64,000 nt of DNA from Gaiellaceae bacterium (GCA_036380895.1 DASVDV010000015.1:21835-85834), one strand, 5' to 3'. Numbered from the stretch's first letter, positions 30,051-50,325 are shown. The notes: generated from the sequence alone by a model not told the origin. A program made the numbers and translations.

Positions 30051-31682
30051 ATGCGTAAGAGGTTGTGGTACACGGCTCCGCTGAGCCTGATCGCGGTGTC
30101 GGTGCTCGCTGCGCTGCTCGCCGTGACGGCGTCGGCGCAGTCGTCGGCTTCCAACGCCAGCGGTACGCTGAACTTCGGTTCGGCCGGCGCCGACGTGGAC
30201 TTCACGGACCCGGCTCTCGCCTACGGCGTGCTGTCGTGGCAGATCGAGTACGAGACCTGTCTGCAGCTCGTGAACTACCCCGACAAGACGGGTGCTGCCG
30301 GCTCCCAGCTCCAGCCCGATGCGGCTGCCGCGATGCCGGTGATCTCGAACGGCGGGAAGACCTACACGTTCACGATCAAGAAGGGCCTCAAGTTCAGCGA
30401 CGGCGCCACGGTCTCGCCCGCCGACTTCGTCTGGGCGTTCAACCGCGACGCGAACCCGGCCATGCAGTCGCCGGTGATCCCGTTCATCACCGATGTCGTC
30501 GGCGTGAACGACGTCGTGAACAAGAAGGCGAAGGCCGTCACGGGCGTCAAGGCGGACGGTCAGAAGTTCATCATCAACCTGACCAAGCCGGACGGCGCTC
30601 TGCTGGCCAAGCTGACGATGCCGTTCTTCTGCGCGGTCGAGCGGGCGAAGACCCCGATCGACCCGAAGGGCCTCAACACCCTGCCCGGCGCCGGCCCGTA
30701 CTACATCGCGAGCCGCACCCCCGGCAAGCAGCTGGTGCTGAAGAAGAACCCGTTCTACAAGGGTGACCGGCCTGCCCGCTCGTCGACGATGGTGTTCACG
30801 ATGAACACCAACGACCAGCAGACGTACCTGCAGGTCACGAACGGCACCTACGCCGCCGACCCGAACGGCCTCGACGTGCCGACGGCCGCGGCGGGCCTGG
30901 CCAAGAAGTACGGCATCAACAAGAGCCGCTTCTGGGTCAATTCGCTGGTCGAGACGGACTACCTGGCGCTGAACACGGCCAACAAGGCGTTCGGCTCGCT
31001 GGCAGCCCGCAAGGCCGCGAACTACGCCGTCGACCGCCCGGCCGTCCTGCGGGCGCGCGGCTTCGAGGGCGGCGTCCGCACCTCGACGATCCTGCCGAAG
31101 GCTCTCGCCGGCGGGTACTGGGGCCAGAAGATCTACGCCACCAAGGGCGCGGATCCGGCCAAGGCCAAGCAGCTGAACCCGAACTGCGGCCACGTCAACC
31201 TCTGGGGCGGCAACACCACGCTCGCCCAGACGCAGGAGGGCATCGTCCGCTACAACCTCACGCAGGCGGGCTGCGACGTGACCGTCAAGCAGTTCGGCGG
31301 GTACGCGATCTACACCGCGGCCGGTACGAAGGGCGCGGACTTCGACATCATGTTCTCGGGCTGGAACCAGGACTACCCGGACCCGATCGACTTCTTCGGG
31401 ATCCTCCTGGACGGTCGCAACATCCACGCCCAGAACAACAACAACCTCGCGTACATCAACAACGCGGAGCTGAACAAGAAGATCGACCAGGCGAACGCGA
31501 TCACCGGCGAAGGCCGCCTGAAGGCGTTCGGCAAGCTCGACATCTGGACGACGACGCACCTCGCTCCGTGGGTGTCGATCGACAACCGGAACCTGCGTGA
31601 CTACATCGGGCCGAACGTCGCTGGGTACGTCTTCCAGCCGGCGAAGGCCGCGATGGACCTGGGCACGCTGTACCTGAAGTAG
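30051..31682 (+). CDS. ABC transporter substrate-binding protein, family 5 (peptide/nickel)
   Basis: Sec signal peptide ending TASAQS, with no lipobox Cys. 543 aa, SBP_bac_5-like sequence. Confidence 0.88.
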   Translation: MRKRLWYTAPLSLIAVSVLAALLAVTASAQSSASNASGTLNFGSAGADVDFTDPALAYGVLSWQIEYETCLQLVNYPDKTGAAGSQLQPDAAAAMPVISNGGKTYTFTIKKGLKFSDGATVSPADFVWAFNRDANPAMQSPVIPFITDVVGVNDVVNKKAKAVTGVKADGQKFIINLTKPDGALLAKLTMPFFCAVERAKTPIDPKGLNTLPGAGPYYIASRTPGKQLVLKKNPFYKGDRPARSSTMVFTMNTNDQQTYLQVTNGTYAADPNGLDVPTAAAGLAKKYGINKSRFWVNSLVETDYLALNTANKAFGSLAARKAANYAVDRPAVLRARGFEGGVRTSTILPKALAGGYWGQKIYATKGADPAKAKQLNPNCGHVNLWGGNTTLAQTQEGIVRYNLTQAGCDVTVKQFGGYAIYTAAGTKGADFDIMFSGWNQDYPDPIDFFGILLDGRNIHAQNNNNLAYINNAELNKKIDQANAITGEGRLKAFGKLDIWTTTHLAPWVSIDNRNLRDYIGPNVAGYVFQPAKAAMDLGTLYLK

Positions 31683-31711
31683 GAACCGCAAGACCGTAGG
31701 AACATCCGTCG

Positions 31712-31747
31712 GGGGCCGGGCACTGCCCCAGCGCAGTGCCCGGCCCC
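31712..31747 (+). other. 15-bp perfect GC-rich stem-loop after the binding-protein gene (intra-operon RNA hairpin)
   Basis: GGGGCCGGGCACTGC (31712-31726), loop CCCAGC, GCAGTGCCCGGCCCC (31733-31747). There is no downstream T-tract, so it is not a classical intrinsic terminator. Confidence 0.6.
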
Positions 31748-31773
31748 GACATCCCACCGACACCGACCGCCCC

Positions 31774-32772
31774 ATGCTCCGCTACCTCGTCCGCCGCATT
31801 CTCTGGGCCGTGCTGCTCTTCGTCGTCGTGACGTTGATCGCGTTCGTGCTCTTCTTCCTGATCCCGGCGAACCCCGCCCAGCTGGCCTGCGGCAAGGCGT
31901 GCACGCAACAGGACGTCCAGCGCGTCGCGCACGCGCTCGGCACCGACCGTCCGGTCTACACCCAGTACGGGTGGTTCCTCGGGCGGCTGATGCCGGTCAG
32001 CTTCAAGGGCGGCCCGCACCTCAAGAAGCCGAACCTCGGCCGCTCGTTCGTGAACCGCCGCGACGTCGACAGCGTCGTCGCGGAGGCCGCGCCCGTCACC
32101 GCGTCGCTCGTCTTCGGCGCGATGATCCTGTGGATGCTGATCGCGCTGCCGGTCGGCATCCTGAGCGCCCTGCGCCCACGTTCGTTGCTCGACCGAGCAT
32201 CGATGACGGGCGTGCTGATCGGGATCTCGCTGCACCCGGTGTTCATCGGGCTGATGCTGTCGTTCCTGATCGGCTACGAGGCGCACCTCACGCCGATCGC
32301 CGGCTACGCCAACTTCTTCGGCGGCCTCTACGGCGCCCCGGGCGGCCCGATCCAGTGGGCCTACCACCTGATCCTGCCCTGGATCACGCTGGCGATCCTG
32401 AACGCGGCGATCTACGTGCGCATGATCCGCGCGAACGTGATGGAGACCATGAACGAGGACTTCGTGCGCACCGCGCGCGCCAAGGGCGCGCCCGAGTTCC
32501 GCGTGATGCGCGCGCACATCCTGCGGAACGCGCTCCTGCCGATCGTGACCATGCTCGGGATGGACGTCGCCGCCGCACTCGGCGGGGCGATCTTCACCGA
32601 GACGGTGTTCGGCCTGAACGGCCTCGGCTACAACGCGATCCAGGCGATCGGCAACTACGACAGCCCGACCGTGATGGGCATCATTGTCTTCGCAACCACG
32701 GCGATCATCGTGATGAACCTGATCGTCGATCTCCTGTATGCGTGGATCGACCCGCGCATCCGGCTGGTCTGA
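31774..32772 (+). CDS. Peptide/nickel ABC transporter permease (OppB/DppB-like)
   Basis: [25 protein letters not shown]-terminus and the EAA-loop motif [26 protein letters not shown]. Confidence 0.9.
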   Translation: MLRYLVRRILWAVLLFVVVTLIAFVLFFLIPANPAQLACGKACTQQDVQRVAHALGTDRPVYTQYGWFLGRLMPVSFKGGPHLKKPNLGRSFVNRRDVDSVVAEAAPVTASLVFGAMILWMLIALPVGILSALRPRSLLDRASMTGVLIGISLHPVFIGLMLSFLIGYEAHLTPIAGYANFFGGLYGAPGGPIQWAYHLILPWITLAILNAAIYVRMIRANVMETMNEDFVRTARAKGAPEFRVMRAHILRNALLPIVTMLGMDVAAALGGAIFTETVFGLNGLGYNAIQAIGNYDSPTVMGIIVFATTAIIVMNLIVDLLYAWIDPRIRLV

Positions 32773-32801
32773 CCGCGGCGAGAAGCGAGAGAAAGAGCCC
32801 G

Positions 32802-33824
32802 ATGCCCCTGCTCGAAGTCAAGGACCTGAAGACGTACTTCTCCACCGACGACGGCGTCGTCAAGGCCGTCGACGGCGTCAGCTTCTCGATCGAGAAGGGC
32901 GAGACGCTCGGCATCGTCGGCGAGTCGGGCTCGGGCAAGAGCGTGACCTGCCTGACGATCATGGGCCTGAACAACCCGAAGAACACGATCTCGATGGGCG
33001 AGGCGCTCTTCAACGGCGAGGACCTGCTGACGATGTCGCCGGGGCGGCTGCGCCAGCTGCGCGGCAACGACATCGCGATGATCTTCCAGGACCCGATGAC
33101 GAGCCTGAACCCGGTGCACACGATCGGGACGCAGCTCGTCGAGGCGGTCCGGCTGCACCGCGACCTGACGAAGAAGCAGGGTCGCGCGCGGGCCCTCGAG
33201 CTGCTCAAGCAGGTGGGCATCCCGCGCGCCGAGCAGCGCATCGACGACTACCCGCACCAGTTCTCCGGCGGAATGCGCCAGCGCGTGATGATCGCGATGG
33301 CGCTGATCAACGATCCCGACCTGCTGATCGCCGACGAGCCGACGACGGCGCTCGACGTGACGACACAGGCGCAGATCCTGGCGCTGATCGACCGCCTGCA
33401 GGCCGACTACAACAGCGCCGTGATCATGATCACGCACGACCTGGGCGTCGTCGCGGAGATCGCCGACGACGTGGTCGTGATGTACGCCGCCGAGGTGGCC
33501 GAGCACGGGCCGGTCGAGGCGATCTTCCGCAAGCCGCGCCACCCGTACACGTGGGGGCTGATGGGGTCGCTGCCGCGCCTCGACACCGACGTCGAGCGGC
33601 TCGTGCAGATCCAGGGGCATCCGCCGTCGCTGCTGCGCCCGCCGTCGGGCTGCCGCTTCCATCCGCGCTGCCCGTACGTGATGGACATCTGCCGCCAGGT
33701 CGACCCGGTGCTGGCTCCCACGGGCGACGACCCGCGCCACCTGCAGGCGTGCCACCTCGACGAGGAGACGAAGAGCCGCGAGGCCGAGAAGCTGCTGGCC
33801 GGGATGATGGCGGGGGCGTCGTGA
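32802..33824 (+). CDS. Peptide ABC transporter ATP-binding protein (OppD/DppD-like)
   Basis: ATG at 32802. Walker A GESGSGKS, signature [13 protein letters not shown]-terminal oligo_HPY Cys motif. Confidence 0.92.
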   Translation: MPLLEVKDLKTYFSTDDGVVKAVDGVSFSIEKGETLGIVGESGSGKSVTCLTIMGLNNPKNTISMGEALFNGEDLLTMSPGRLRQLRGNDIAMIFQDPMTSLNPVHTIGTQLVEAVRLHRDLTKKQGRARALELLKQVGIPRAEQRIDDYPHQFSGGMRQRVMIAMALINDPDLLIADEPTTALDVTTQAQILALIDRLQADYNSAVIMITHDLGVVAEIADDVVVMYAAEVAEHGPVEAIFRKPRHPYTWGLMGSLPRLDTDVERLVQIQGHPPSLLRPPSGCRFHPRCPYVMDICRQVDPVLAPTGDDPRHLQACHLDEETKSREAEKLLAGMMAGAS

Positions 33825-34918
33825 CCGCGCCGCAGACCGAAAGCCCCGCCGGCCTCGACCTGACCGGCGACGAGCTCCTCGTCGTCGAGGATCTGAAGAA
33901 GCACTTCCCGGTCCGGCGCGGCATCGTCTTCCAGAAGGAGATCGCGGCGGTCAAGGCCGTCGACGGCGTCTCGTTCGCGATCCGCGAGGGGGAGACCCTC
34001 GGCGTGGTGGGCGAGTCGGGCTGCGGCAAGTCGACGATGGCGCGCTGCGTGATGAAGCTGCTCGAGCCGACCGCGGGCCGGATCGTCTTCCGCGGCCACG
34101 ACATCACGAACCTCACGCGTGCGGAGATGCGCCCGTACCGGCGCGAGATGATGATGATCTTCCAGGACCCGTACGCCTCGCTGAACCCGCGGAAGCGCGT
34201 CGGCTTCATCGTCGCGGAGGCGCTCGAGGTGCACAAGCTCGGCACGCCGGCCGAGATCAAGCGGCGCGTGCAGGAGCTGCTCGACGTCGTCGGGCTCAAC
34301 CCGGAGCACTACAACCGCTTCCCGCACGAGTTCTCGGGCGGTCAGCGGCAGCGCATCGGCATCGCCCGCGCGCTCGCCGTGAACCCGAAGCTGATCGTCT
34401 GCGACGAGCCGGTGTCGGCGCTCGACGTGTCGGTGCAGGCGCAGATCCTCAACCTGCTCAAGGACCTGCAGCGCGACTTCGGGCTCACCTACATCTTCAT
34501 CGCCCACGACCTGAACGTCGTGCGGCACATCTCCGACCGCGTGCTCGTGATGTACCTGGGCCAGGTCGTCGAGTCGGCGAGCCGCGCCGACCTGTACGGC
34601 GCGCCGAAGCACCCGTACACGGGGGCGCTGCTGTCCGCCGTGCCGGTCCCCGACCCGGAGACGGGCCACCGGCGGAAGCGGATCGTGCTCGAGGGCGACG
34701 TCCCGAACCCGATCAACCCGCCGAGCGCCTGCCGGTTCCATCCGCGCTGCCCGCGCTTCGTGGCGGGCCACTGCGACGTCGAGCCGCCCGAGCTGCTCGT
34801 GCCCGCCGGCTCGCAGCCCGACCACGTCACCCGCTGCCACTACCCGCTCGAGCGCTGGCCGCTCACCGAGCAGGAGATGCGGCAGGCGGGGGCGGCGGTC
34901 GCTCCGCCCGTCGCCTGA
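33821..34918 (+). CDS. Peptide ABC transporter ATP-binding protein (OppF/DppF-like)
   Basis: GTG at 33821 (GTGA overlap). Walker [10 protein letters not shown], signature [12 protein letters not shown]. Confidence 0.92.
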   Translation: MTAPQTESPAGLDLTGDELLVVEDLKKHFPVRRGIVFQKEIAAVKAVDGVSFAIREGETLGVVGESGCGKSTMARCVMKLLEPTAGRIVFRGHDITNLTRAEMRPYRREMMMIFQDPYASLNPRKRVGFIVAEALEVHKLGTPAEIKRRVQELLDVVGLNPEHYNRFPHEFSGGQRQRIGIARALAVNPKLIVCDEPVSALDVSVQAQILNLLKDLQRDFGLTYIFIAHDLNVVRHISDRVLVMYLGQVVESASRADLYGAPKHPYTGALLSAVPVPDPETGHRRKRIVLEGDVPNPINPPSACRFHPRCPRFVAGHCDVEPPELLVPAGSQPDHVTRCHYPLERWPLTEQEMRQAGAAVAPPVA

Positions 34919-34923
34919 GCGCC

Positions 34924-35304
34924 GTGCCGAGCAAGAGCCTGCTGCTCGGGGCGCTGCGGCGCTTCGTCGCGCTGCTCGGAGCCTCGGCGGCAGGGGCGGC
35001 GCTCCTCGGCCTCCTGATCGCCGGCCTGACGCGCGAGTCGCTGCTGCGCGGGCTCGCGATCGGCTTCTACCTCGGCGGCGTCGGCCTCTGCGCGATCGCG
35101 TTCCTGCTCGGCAGCCGGCCGCCGGTGCGGGGCAAGGACGACGGCGGCTTCGTCGGCTTCGGGCGCTGGCTCGGCGGCGGCGTGCGGTTCGCCACGCGCG
35201 ACGAGCACCGCGAGGCGATCAACCTGCCGGCGATCCTCGTCGCGATCGGCGTCTGCCTGATCGTCGTCGGAGCGGCGGTCGACAGCCGACACGGCCTGCT
35301 CTGA
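34924..35304 (+). CDS. Hypothetical small membrane protein
   Basis: 126 aa with three hydrophobic helices. GTG start 5 nt after the oppF-like stop. I recognise no motif. Confidence 0.5.
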   Translation: MPSKSLLLGALRRFVALLGASAAGAALLGLLIAGLTRESLLRGLAIGFYLGGVGLCAIAFLLGSRPPVRGKDDGGFVGFGRWLGGGVRFATRDEHREAINLPAILVAIGVCLIVVGAAVDSRHGLL

Positions 35305-35366
35305 ACGGTTGCCGCCACGAATCGTCGGTCGGCTAACTTGTCAAGGTTCCTGACCGTCTGAAAGAG

Positions 35367-37493
<2,127 letters not shown>

Positions 37494-37494
<1 letters not shown>

Positions 37495-37919
37495 TGCCGG
37501 GCTCGGGTCGCGTCTTCTCGGTCTCGGTCGTCACGCCCGACGGGCCGGCGTTCGAGGGCGAGGCCGAGATGCTCGTCGTCCCGGGCGCCGCCGGCGAGAT
37601 CGGCGTGCTCGCACGGCACGCGCCGCTGATCGCGACGCTGAAGGCGGGCTCGACGCGCATCCACCTCGGCGGCAACGAGGTGCGCGAGCTCGCCACCGGC
37701 CCCGGGTTCTTCCAGGTGCTGCAGGACCGCGCGATCGCGCTCGTCGACGACGCGGTGCGCGCGACGGAGATCGACGAGGACCGCGCCCGCGAGCAGCTCG
37801 AGGCGGCGCGCGCCGAGCTGGAGGCGATCGAGCGCGGCGACTCCTCCGCCGACCGCTGGCAGGTCGAGCAGCGCATCGCGCACGCCGAGAACCAGCTCTC
37901 CGTCGCCGGCCGGCCGTAG
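37494..37919 (+). CDS. atpC: F0F1 ATP synthase subunit epsilon
   Basis: ATG at 37494 (TGATG junction with atpD). Beta-sandwich N-terminus VVTPDGPAFEGEAEMLVVPGAAGEIGVLARHAPLI plus a helical C-terminus. Confidence 0.9.
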
Positions 37920-38034
37920 CCGGCGCCGTCCGAGCAGCTAGGCTTGAGGTCCCGGAGAGCTTTGACGAGCAGCTTGGCGACCGGGTCACCAAACGCCTAA
38001 AGAGCCGCGCGACGCGGGTCCGCGGCCTCGGGAC

Positions 38035-41622
<3,588 letters not shown>

Positions 41623-41697
41623 GTCTTTCCTGAGCCCGCCGCCGGCTCGGCTATCCTGGCCTGCGGCGGGCGCCCCTCGGGCGCCTCGAGCGTTTCT

Positions 41698-43665
41698 ATG
41701 CGGACGACACTGAAGAGAGGCGTCGGGCGCGGCGCCGGCGCGAACGGGAACGGGAACGGCCGCGCGAAGCTGCCTCCCGCGCCACCCTCCGTCGTCACCA
41801 CCTATCTACAGCCTCCGCCGCCGCGGCGCAGCGGGCTCGGACTGTTCGGGCGGATCCTGCTCGGCGTCCTGCTGGCGGCGCTGTCGATCGGCGCCGCGAT
41901 CGGCGGCGGCGCGTACCTCTACTTCCACCAGTCGGTCTCGTCGGTGCAGGCGCACTCGAAGGGCGTGGTGAAGGCCGAGAAGTCGCTCGACGCCGTGCCG
42001 TCGGCCGACCAGGCGGCGATCGCGCTCGTGATCGGCTACGACCACCGTGCGAACGAGGCGAAGGGCACGCCCTCGCTGTCGGACACGCTGATGCTCCTGC
42101 GTGCCGACCCGGTCTCGAAGACGATCTCGATGCTCTCGTTCCCGCGTGACCTCTCCGTCCCGATCTACTGCAGCGAGAGCGTCGTGCCGGTCGCGCACGA
42201 CCGGATCAACTCGGCGTACTCACGCTGCGGCGAGAAGGGCACGGTGCTGACGGTGAAGCACCTGACGGGGCTCCCGATCAACTTCCTGATCACCGTCAAC
42301 TTCCACGGCTTCAAGGAGGTCGTGAACCAGCTGGGCGGCGTCTGGATGGACGTCGACCGCCGCTACTACAACAAGAACGTCGGCACGGCGGCGACGAACT
42401 ACGCGAACATCAACCTGCAGCCGGGCTACCAGCGGCTCGACGGCGGCGAGGCGCTCTCGTTCGTGCGCTTCCGCCACACCGATTCCGACCTCTACCGCGT
42501 CGCCCGCCAGCAGGAATTCGTGCGCTCGTTCAAGGAGCAGGTGTCGCAGAACTTCTCGTGGACGAGCGTGCCGGGGATTGTCGGCGCGATCGTCCACAAC
42601 ATCGAGGTGGCGGAGGGCGGCCACCGGCTGCTCGGCGGCGACCAGGTGCTGTCGTACGCGCGCTTCGCCTTCACGCTGCCGCACGGCCACCTGTTCCAGG
42701 ATCGCTTCTCGAACGTGAACTGCCCGCCGGTCGGCGTCTGCACGGCCGACCCGGGCGACATCCAGGCGGCGGTGCGGCAGTTCACCAACCCGGACGTCGG
42801 CTCGTCGAAGACGGCCAACGCGGTCGCGCTCGGCAAGAAGGTGAAGCCGAAGACGCCGCCGCCGGCATCGGTGACGGTCACCGTCCTGAACGGCAACGGC
42901 CAGGCCGGGGCGGCGGCGAACGCGTCATACCTGCTCGCCCAGCGCGGCTACAAGTCGCTCGTCCCGCCGAACGGCCTCGAGGCGAACGCGCCGAAGCGCA
43001 TGTTCCACTCGAAGATCTACTACGACCCGGCGCAGGCGCGGTCGAAGGCGGCGGCGACGGCGCTGCAGCAGCTGATGCAGCCGGCCGACGTGGCGCCGCT
43101 GCCGCGGACGCCGGCGCTGCTCGCGCTGGATCCGGGCTCGATGCTGATGGTGGTGCTCGGCACGACGTTCAGCGGCCAGATCCAGCCGCTGCCGCCGAAG
43201 GTGGTGCCGAAGCACGAGGTGCCGCACGTGCGCAGCGACTCCGCGCCGGGCCACGAGCTGCTCGATCCGCTCGCGAAGAAGGTGCCGTTCCCGCTCGAGG
43301 TGCCGACGGTGCTGGAGAGCAGCTCGGAGCCGGACACGCAGTACGGCGACACGCCGGTGCGGCTGTACACGATCGCGGGCAAGCACCGGGCGGTGCGGAT
43401 GGTGTTCCGCACGGGCGGCAACCAGTACTGGGGGATCGAGGAGACCGACTGGAACTCCGCTCCCGCGCTGCAGGACAAGAGCTTCCGGCACTCGCTCGGC
43501 GGCCGCGAGTTCGATCTCTACTACTCGGGCCCGCGGCTGCACATGATCGTGCTGCACGAGCACGGCGCGACCTACTGGGTGATCAACACGCTGCTCGACG
43601 ACCTGTCGAACGAGACGATGCTGCACATCGCCCAAGGTCTCGAACCGCTAACAACCGCGAAGTAG
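41698..43665 (+). CDS. LytR-CpsA-Psr (LCP) family protein with LytR_C and an extra C-terminal domain
   Basis: N-terminal TM helix. LCP motifs DTLMLLRADP, LSFPRDL and RINSAY. LytR_C-like VTVTVLNGNGQAGAAANASYLLAQRGY. About 190 further residues follow. Confidence 0.85.
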   Translation: MRTTLKRGVGRGAGANGNGNGRAKLPPAPPSVVTTYLQPPPPRRSGLGLFGRILLGVLLAALSIGAAIGGGAYLYFHQSVSSVQAHSKGVVKAEKSLDAVPSADQAAIALVIGYDHRANEAKGTPSLSDTLMLLRADPVSKTISMLSFPRDLSVPIYCSESVVPVAHDRINSAYSRCGEKGTVLTVKHLTGLPINFLITVNFHGFKEVVNQLGGVWMDVDRRYYNKNVGTAATNYANINLQPGYQRLDGGEALSFVRFRHTDSDLYRVARQQEFVRSFKEQVSQNFSWTSVPGIVGAIVHNIEVAEGGHRLLGGDQVLSYARFAFTLPHGHLFQDRFSNVNCPPVGVCTADPGDIQAAVRQFTNPDVGSSKTANAVALGKKVKPKTPPPASVTVTVLNGNGQAGAAANASYLLAQRGYKSLVPPNGLEANAPKRMFHSKIYYDPAQARSKAAATALQQLMQPADVAPLPRTPALLALDPGSMLMVVLGTTFSGQIQPLPPKVVPKHEVPHVRSDSAPGHELLDPLAKKVPFPLEVPTVLESSSEPDTQYGDTPVRLYTIAGKHRAVRMVFRTGGNQYWGIEETDWNSAPALQDKSFRHSLGGREFDLYYSGPRLHMIVLHEHGATYWVINTLLDDLSNETMLHIAQGLEPLTTAK

Positions 43666-43677
43666 AGTCCCCGCCGG

Positions 43678-45012
43678 ATGACGTCGAAGGTGGGCATCTT
43701 CGGGGCCGGCTGGGTGGGCCTGGTGACGGGGGCGTGCTTCGCGGAGCTCGGCCACGAGGTGGTCGTGCGCGACGTCGTGCCGGAGAAGATCGAGGCGCTG
43801 CGCGCCGGCCAGGTGCCGTTCCACGAGAAGGGCGTGCCCGAGCTGCTCCAGCGGAACGCCAAGCGCCTGACCTACACGCTCGAGGCCGCCGACGTGGCCG
43901 ACTGCGACTTCCTGTTCGTGTGCGTCGACACCCCGCCGACGCATTCCGGCGACGCCGACCTGTCGCGCGTGTGGAGCGTCGTCGAGCAGCTGCCCGAGCT
44001 CGCCGGTCGGCCGATCCTCGTGATGAAGTCGACCGTCCCGGTCGGCACCGGCGAGAAGGTGCGGCACGGCCTCGACCAGCGGGGCCTCGCGCACGTCGGC
44101 TACGTGTCGAACCCGGAGTTCCTGGCCGAGGGACACGCGGTCGAGGACTTCATGCACCCGGACCGGATCGTGATCGGCGCCTTCGAGCAGGCCGACGGCG
44201 ACGCGGTCACGGGGCTGTATGCGTCGCTCGACGCGCCGGTCGTGCGCTGCGACGTCAACTCGGCGGAGATGGTGAAGCTCGCCGCGAACGCGTTCCTGAT
44301 GACGCGCATCTCGTTCATCAACGAGATCGCGAACGTGTGCGAGGCGGTGGGCGCGGACGTCGTCTCCGTCGCGGACGGGGTCGGGCTCGACCACCGGCTC
44401 GGCCCGCACTTCCTCAAGGCGGGCATCGGCTTCGGGGGCTCCTGTTTCCCGAAGGATTCCCTGGCGCTGAAGCAGCTCGCGTCGAACTCGGGCTACCACT
44501 TCCAGCTGCTGTCCGCGGTGATCGAGGTGAACGAGCTGCAGAAGCGGCGCGTGATCGGGAAGCTGAAGCGGCACCTCGGCTCGCTGCGCGGCCGGCGGGT
44601 CGCGCTGCTCGGCCTCGCCTTCAAGCCGCACACCGACGACATGCGCGAGGCGCCGTCGATCATCCTCGCCGCGCGGCTGCTCGCGGAGGGCGCCGAGGTG
44701 CGCGCCTGGGATCCGGTCGCCGACGGGACGAAGCTCCCGCGCGGCGTCGACGTGGTCGACTCGGTCGCGGCCGCCGTCGACGGCGCGGATGCGGCGGTGA
44801 TCGTGACCGAGTGGCCGGAGCTGCGCACGGTCGCCTCCGAGGAGGTGCGCACGGCGATGGCGAACCCGCTGATCGTCGACGGCCGCAATCTGCTCGACCC
44901 GGACGAGGTGCGGGCCGCCGGCTTCGCCTACGAGGGGATCGGGCGGCCCTTCTCGCCCACCGACGTGCTCCCGCAGGTTCCGACGGAGCCGGAGCCCGCA
45001 CCCGGCAGGTAG
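43678..45012 (+). CDS. ugd: UDP-glucose 6-dehydrogenase
   Basis: GAGWVGLVTGACFA Rossmann motif and catalytic GFGGSCFPKD. Confidence 0.92.
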   Translation: MTSKVGIFGAGWVGLVTGACFAELGHEVVVRDVVPEKIEALRAGQVPFHEKGVPELLQRNAKRLTYTLEAADVADCDFLFVCVDTPPTHSGDADLSRVWSVVEQLPELAGRPILVMKSTVPVGTGEKVRHGLDQRGLAHVGYVSNPEFLAEGHAVEDFMHPDRIVIGAFEQADGDAVTGLYASLDAPVVRCDVNSAEMVKLAANAFLMTRISFINEIANVCEAVGADVVSVADGVGLDHRLGPHFLKAGIGFGGSCFPKDSLALKQLASNSGYHFQLLSAVIEVNELQKRRVIGKLKRHLGSLRGRRVALLGLAFKPHTDDMREAPSIILAARLLAEGAEVRAWDPVADGTKLPRGVDVVDSVAAAVDGADAAVIVTEWPELRTVASEEVRTAMANPLIVDGRNLLDPDEVRAAGFAYEGIGRPFSPTDVLPQVPTEPEPAPGR

Positions 45013-45018
45013 CCGCCG

Positions 45019-45707
45019 ATGGAAGCGATCATCCTGGCCGGCGGCAAGGCCGAGCGGCTCGGCGACGCTGCGGGCGGTCGCCCGAAGGCGCTCGTCGAGG
45101 TCGCCGGCCGCCCGCTGGCGGCCTACCAGGTGGGGCGGCTCGTCCGGGCGGGCGTGGATCGCGTGATCGTCTCGTGCGCGCTCGGGCAGGGAGCCGTGTT
45201 CGAGGCGGAGCTCGCCGGGCTCGGAGCCGAGATCGTCGCCGCCGAGGAGCCGGAGCGGCTCGGGCGGGGGGGAGGCATCCGCTTCGCCGCGTCGAGCTTG
45301 CGGGAGGGCGGCGACGTGTATGCGCTGAACGGCGACGAGCTCGTCGACGTCGACTTCGCGGCGCTGCTCGCGCGCCACCGCGAGGCGGGCGGCCTCGCGA
45401 CGATCACCGTCGCCCGGCCGAAGTCGCAGTTCGGGCTGGTGGAGGTCGACGGCGGCGACGTCGTCCGCGGCTTCCGCGAGGACGCCCGCGTGCCCTACTG
45501 GGTCAACTGCGGCAACTACGTGCTGACGGCCGAGGCGATCGCGCGCTTTCCGGAGAAGGGCGACCACGAGTCGACGACGTTCCCGGAGCTCGCCGCGGAG
45601 GGGACATTGCACGCGCATCGACACGAGGGGCTGTGGCTGACGGTGAACACGCCGAAGGAGCTGCGCGTCGCCTGCGAGCACGTGGCCTCGCATCCGGAGT
45701 GGCTCGC

Positions 45708-45711
<4 letters not shown>
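45019..45711 (+). CDS. Sugar-1-phosphate nucleotidylyltransferase (NDP-sugar pyrophosphorylase)
   Basis: MEAIILAGGKAERL N-terminal signature. 230 aa. Confidence 0.8.
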
Positions 45712-48916
<3,205 letters not shown>

Positions 48917-48920
<4 letters not shown>

Positions 48921-49684
48921 AGGCGGTGATCCTCGCCGCCGGATATGCGACTCGCCTGCGGCCGCTCACCGACACCTGGGCCAAGGAGCTGCTGCCGGTC
49001 GGCGGCCGGCCGATCGTCGACTGGATCGTCGAGGCGATCGAGCGGGTCGACGAGGTCGACGAGGTCCACGTGGTGACGAACGCGCGCAAGGCGCCGGCGT
49101 TCGCGGAGTGGGCGGCCGGACGCGACGGCATCACGATTCACGACGACGGAACCACCTCGAACGACGACCGGCTCGGTGCGATCGGCGACCTGCGCTTCGT
49201 CGTCGAGCAGGCGGGCATCGACGACCACCTGCTGGTGATCGCCGGCGACAACCTCTTCGACTTCGCCCTCACCGACTTCGTCGACGCGTGGCGTGCGCAC
49301 GGGGTCGCGAGCGCCGTCGCCGTCCGCGACGTCGGCTCGCGCGAGCTCGCCTCGCGCTATGGAATCGTCGACCTGGCGCCGGACGGCCGCGTCGTCGACT
49401 TCGTCGAGAAGCCGGCGGATCCGCCCTCGACCCTCGCCGCGACCGCGACCTACCTCTACCACCGTGCGCACGTGCCGCTCGTGGGGCGCTACCTCGCCGA
49501 AGGGAACGCGCCCGACCAGCCGGGCCGCCTTGTCGCCTGGCTCCACCGCAACGAGCCCGTGTACGCATGGCTCTTCGAGGAGGACTGGTACGACATCGGC
49601 GACGTCGGCCAGTTGCTCGAGGCCGACAACCGGCTGCGCCTCGCGCACGGTCTGCCCGCGCGCGAGGCGTATTCGCCGAACTGA
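48917..49684 (+). CDS. NTP-transferase-family protein (sugar-phosphate nucleotidylyltransferase-like), substrate unknown
   Basis: [18 protein letters not shown] signature. ATGA overlap with mtnA. 255 aa with no hexapeptide-repeat domain. Confidence 0.8.
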
Positions 49685-49690
49685 GCCGGG

Positions 49691-50245
49691 TCAACGGCCG
49701 TATCCGTACCCGCCGCCTGTCGCAGCGGGCGCGGTGGTCGTCGCTGCGCTCGTGGTGGTCGGTGCCGGCGACTTCCCGTGCGGCTCGACCTTCCGGCCGG
49801 CGGCGGAGAGGGCGTACCACTCGGCGCCGAAGGCGTCCTTGTTCTCGCCGGACGTCTGGCCGGCGTGCTTGTCCTTGAGGAACAGGTAGAGCGGGTGCCC
49901 CGCGTAGGTGACCTGCAGGCTCCCGTCGTGGCGCTTCGTGGTGCCGAGCAACGCGGCCTTCGCCCCGCTGCCGGCCCGGGGCGCGCCGGTCGTGACGAGG
50001 GGCGGCCAGAGCGCCGCGCACTTGCCGTAACAGGCGCTCTTCTTGCCCTTGTCGGCCTCGAAGAGGTAGAGCGTGCGACCGCTGGCGTCGACCAGGATCG
50101 GCCCGAGGGCGGTGGTGCGGATCTGCACCGTCGCCCGTGCCGCCGGTCGGGCGGCGGCGTGGGCGGCGAGAACGGCCGCCGTTGCGGCCACGACGGCGAC
50201 GAGCGCCAGGAGCGGGCGCGCACGTAGCGCGAAGACCTCTGTCAT
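49691..50245 (-). CDS. Secreted COG4315/Lipoprotein_15-repeat protein
   Basis: Signal peptide, then two repeats (GPILVDASGRTLYLFEADKGKKSACYGKCAALWPP and QVTYAGHPLYLFLKDKHAGQTSGE). Thr/Ala-rich tail. Confidence 0.75.
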   Translation of the reverse strand: MTEVFALRARPLLALVAVVAATAAVLAAHAAARPAARATVQIRTTALGPILVDASGRTLYLFEADKGKKSACYGKCAALWPPLVTTGAPRAGSGAKAALLGTTKRHDGSLQVTYAGHPLYLFLKDKHAGQTSGENKDAFGAEWYALSAAGRKVEPHGKSPAPTTTSAATTTAPAATGGGYGYGR

Positions 50246-50325
50246 GGTGGCTCCCTCCCTGAGATTGACCGTGTCACAGCCCTACGGGCGATCGCGTCAT
50301 TCGGATCGCCTCGACCACACCGGAC

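Noticed and set aside
37920-38034. Possible riboswitch (cobalamin, SAM or SAH) in the 115-nt metH leader
   Set aside because: The leader is too short for a cobalamin element. I found none of the conserved SAH or SAM core strings I remember, only generic GC hairpins such as GCCGCG-N11-CGCGGC. An Rfam scan would settle it.
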